From Hypanus sabinus (lineage: Eukaryota), in the NCBI RefSeq assembly GCF_030144855.1, contig NC_082725.1:39680001-39744000 (forward strand): DNA of 64,000 nucleotides. Direction: 5' to 3'. Positions 62,349 through 64,000 of the stretch are shown piece after piece. The notes beneath the pieces are model-generated. The model did no database searches, was not told the origin of the DNA, and saw only the letters and a list, made by a program, of their open reading frames with translations. How positions within the stretch are numbered: the first letter of the stretch is position 1; the number at the start of each line of letters is the position of its first letter. The position numbers were made by a program, and so were the translations under genes.

Positions 62349-64000
62349 GTGCATTCAGTCGGAATGGTCTCCATCGTACATCTATGTAAGAGTGATGTAA
62401 CAAATCTCCTCAAATTCCAACTGAAGTAGAACCACTGGCATACCTTCTTCATCATTGCATCAATGTGCTGGGCCCAGGACAGGTCCTCCAATATGTTGAC
62501 TCCCAGGAACTTCAACCTATTCGCCTCTTCTACCACTGACCCCTCAATGAGGAGTGGTGTGTGTTCTCCCAACCTCCCCTTCCTGAAATCCACCATAAAT
62601 TCCTTGGTTATGATTGCATTGTGTGTGAGATTCTAATTGTGATACCACTCCTGTACACCTCCACATCACCATCTGAGATTCTACCACCAATAATGCTGCT
62701 AGTGATGAATTTGTGCAGGATAATGGGTAGAATGATAACTACTCATTCTGTCCAGGGTCATCTGTACTTGATTCATCTGATCCTTGTTTTTGTAGTCCCT
62801 ACAATTCATTTTCATCCCCAATATTCAACCTTTCTTTCCTTTACTCTACTGCCAGGCTGTTTATATTGCCTTACATAAAAGTTATGTGACATAACAACCC
62901 AGCTACCAGGAAAACCTGGAATATCACAAGCAGTATTAGCATCTCTTGAGAGCATAAAGATCAAAAATACAACCTGTCAATATAATCCAGCATGTTTGTG
63001 TCATTTATTAGTGCTTCACCTTGTTTGGGTATTTTGAGTGATGAATCAATTGGCCTTTTCCTTTATCTCCTTACTTTGTGTCCTTTCCATGAAGCACAGA
63101 GAGATATTTTTCTTACTTCTAATGCAGATGTAGTTATCCAAAAGAAATGCCATCTGCTGCTGCTGTGACTAAATATAAAAATTGTCAAGCTCTTGCTAAA
63201 AGGTGAAATTAAGAATAACTTGAAATAACTGATGTTCCTGGAATGGAAGGCTTAAGATTGAAGAAATAAATGACATTACTGTTACTTATCAGAATACGTT
63301 CTGGTTGATTTGCCATGTCAAGTCCAAGATTCAATACTTATGAGTCAGAGGTCCACTATCTGAAAAACAGTTAATGTTACTGTACTTGAGATGAATAGAT
63401 CAAAACACTTGTTAGAATGCCAGATAATGTAAGGAATGTTTTTAAAGGGAAATTAATTAAAACTTTGTCATGCTTACCTTAATCTTCAATAAAGCACAGT
63501 TGTGCAAAAAGGCAATTGACTCTGAGTTAGTTAAAATTTAAGTGTTATCTATGAATGATTTGAGTACTTGTCAAGTACAAACAATTAATAAGTGTCAGAC
63601 ATGACCATGAAAACATTGACTGGTGCCTTTTCTATCTGTCCTTCCATTCGTCTGTCTTATCTCATCAATAGTACAAAAGACAGCTGCAGAAAGTCTGTCT
63701 GCAGTGTCACTTGTGTTATGGCATATTCTGAAGTTATGGATGACAGCAAATAATCATTTCAACAGCAACCAGCCTCCAGATCTGAATGTGGATTGTAGAT
63801 TCAATCTAAAATGCAGTTCAGAACAATGATCTTACTGGGCTAAGTTAAACTGTAGATTGAGGTTCATTGCAAACCATGAAATACCATGTTGACCTGACAC
63901 GCCTGCATATGCACGAATACAGCTCAGGACAATGGTCTTCCTAGGCTAAGTTGTTCGCGTGGGCTTAATTGTATGACCTGTCTGTGTACTCAGAGACTGT

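Noticed and set aside
62880-64000. Possible start of a next gene (e.g. SH3BP5 by human synteny)
   Set aside because: No CpG island or recognisable exon

Overview
Vertebrate genomic DNA, most likely from a cartilaginous fish (ray/skate/shark, inferred from the repeat families), with three spliced genes in a very TE-dense background. MTURN exon 1 is on the minus strand (9981-10142) and the rest of that gene lies left of the window. EAF1 is complete (minus, 6 coding exons, 29646->14695, 270 aa) and so is METTL6 (plus, 5 coding exons, 33600->48997, ~319 aa). EAF1 and METTL6 are head-to-head on a shared CpG-rich promoter. The TEs include L1 (one near-full-length copy, one twin-primed inverted copy), CR1, Rex1/Babar-like LINEs, two Penelope-like elements (PLEs), a Gypsy LTR element with PNMA-like gag, two solo LTRs, Tc1/pogo DNA transposons and SINEs. 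The most unusual signal is a family of ~190-200 bp TSD-flanked palindromic mini-elements with a minimal hammerhead-ribozyme core (CUGACGA...GAAACGUC) between their inverted arms. A GIY-YIG PLE remnant in the same window ends in the same sequence, which suggests it is their parent. All calls were made by eye and from recalled protein families. No database searches were run.
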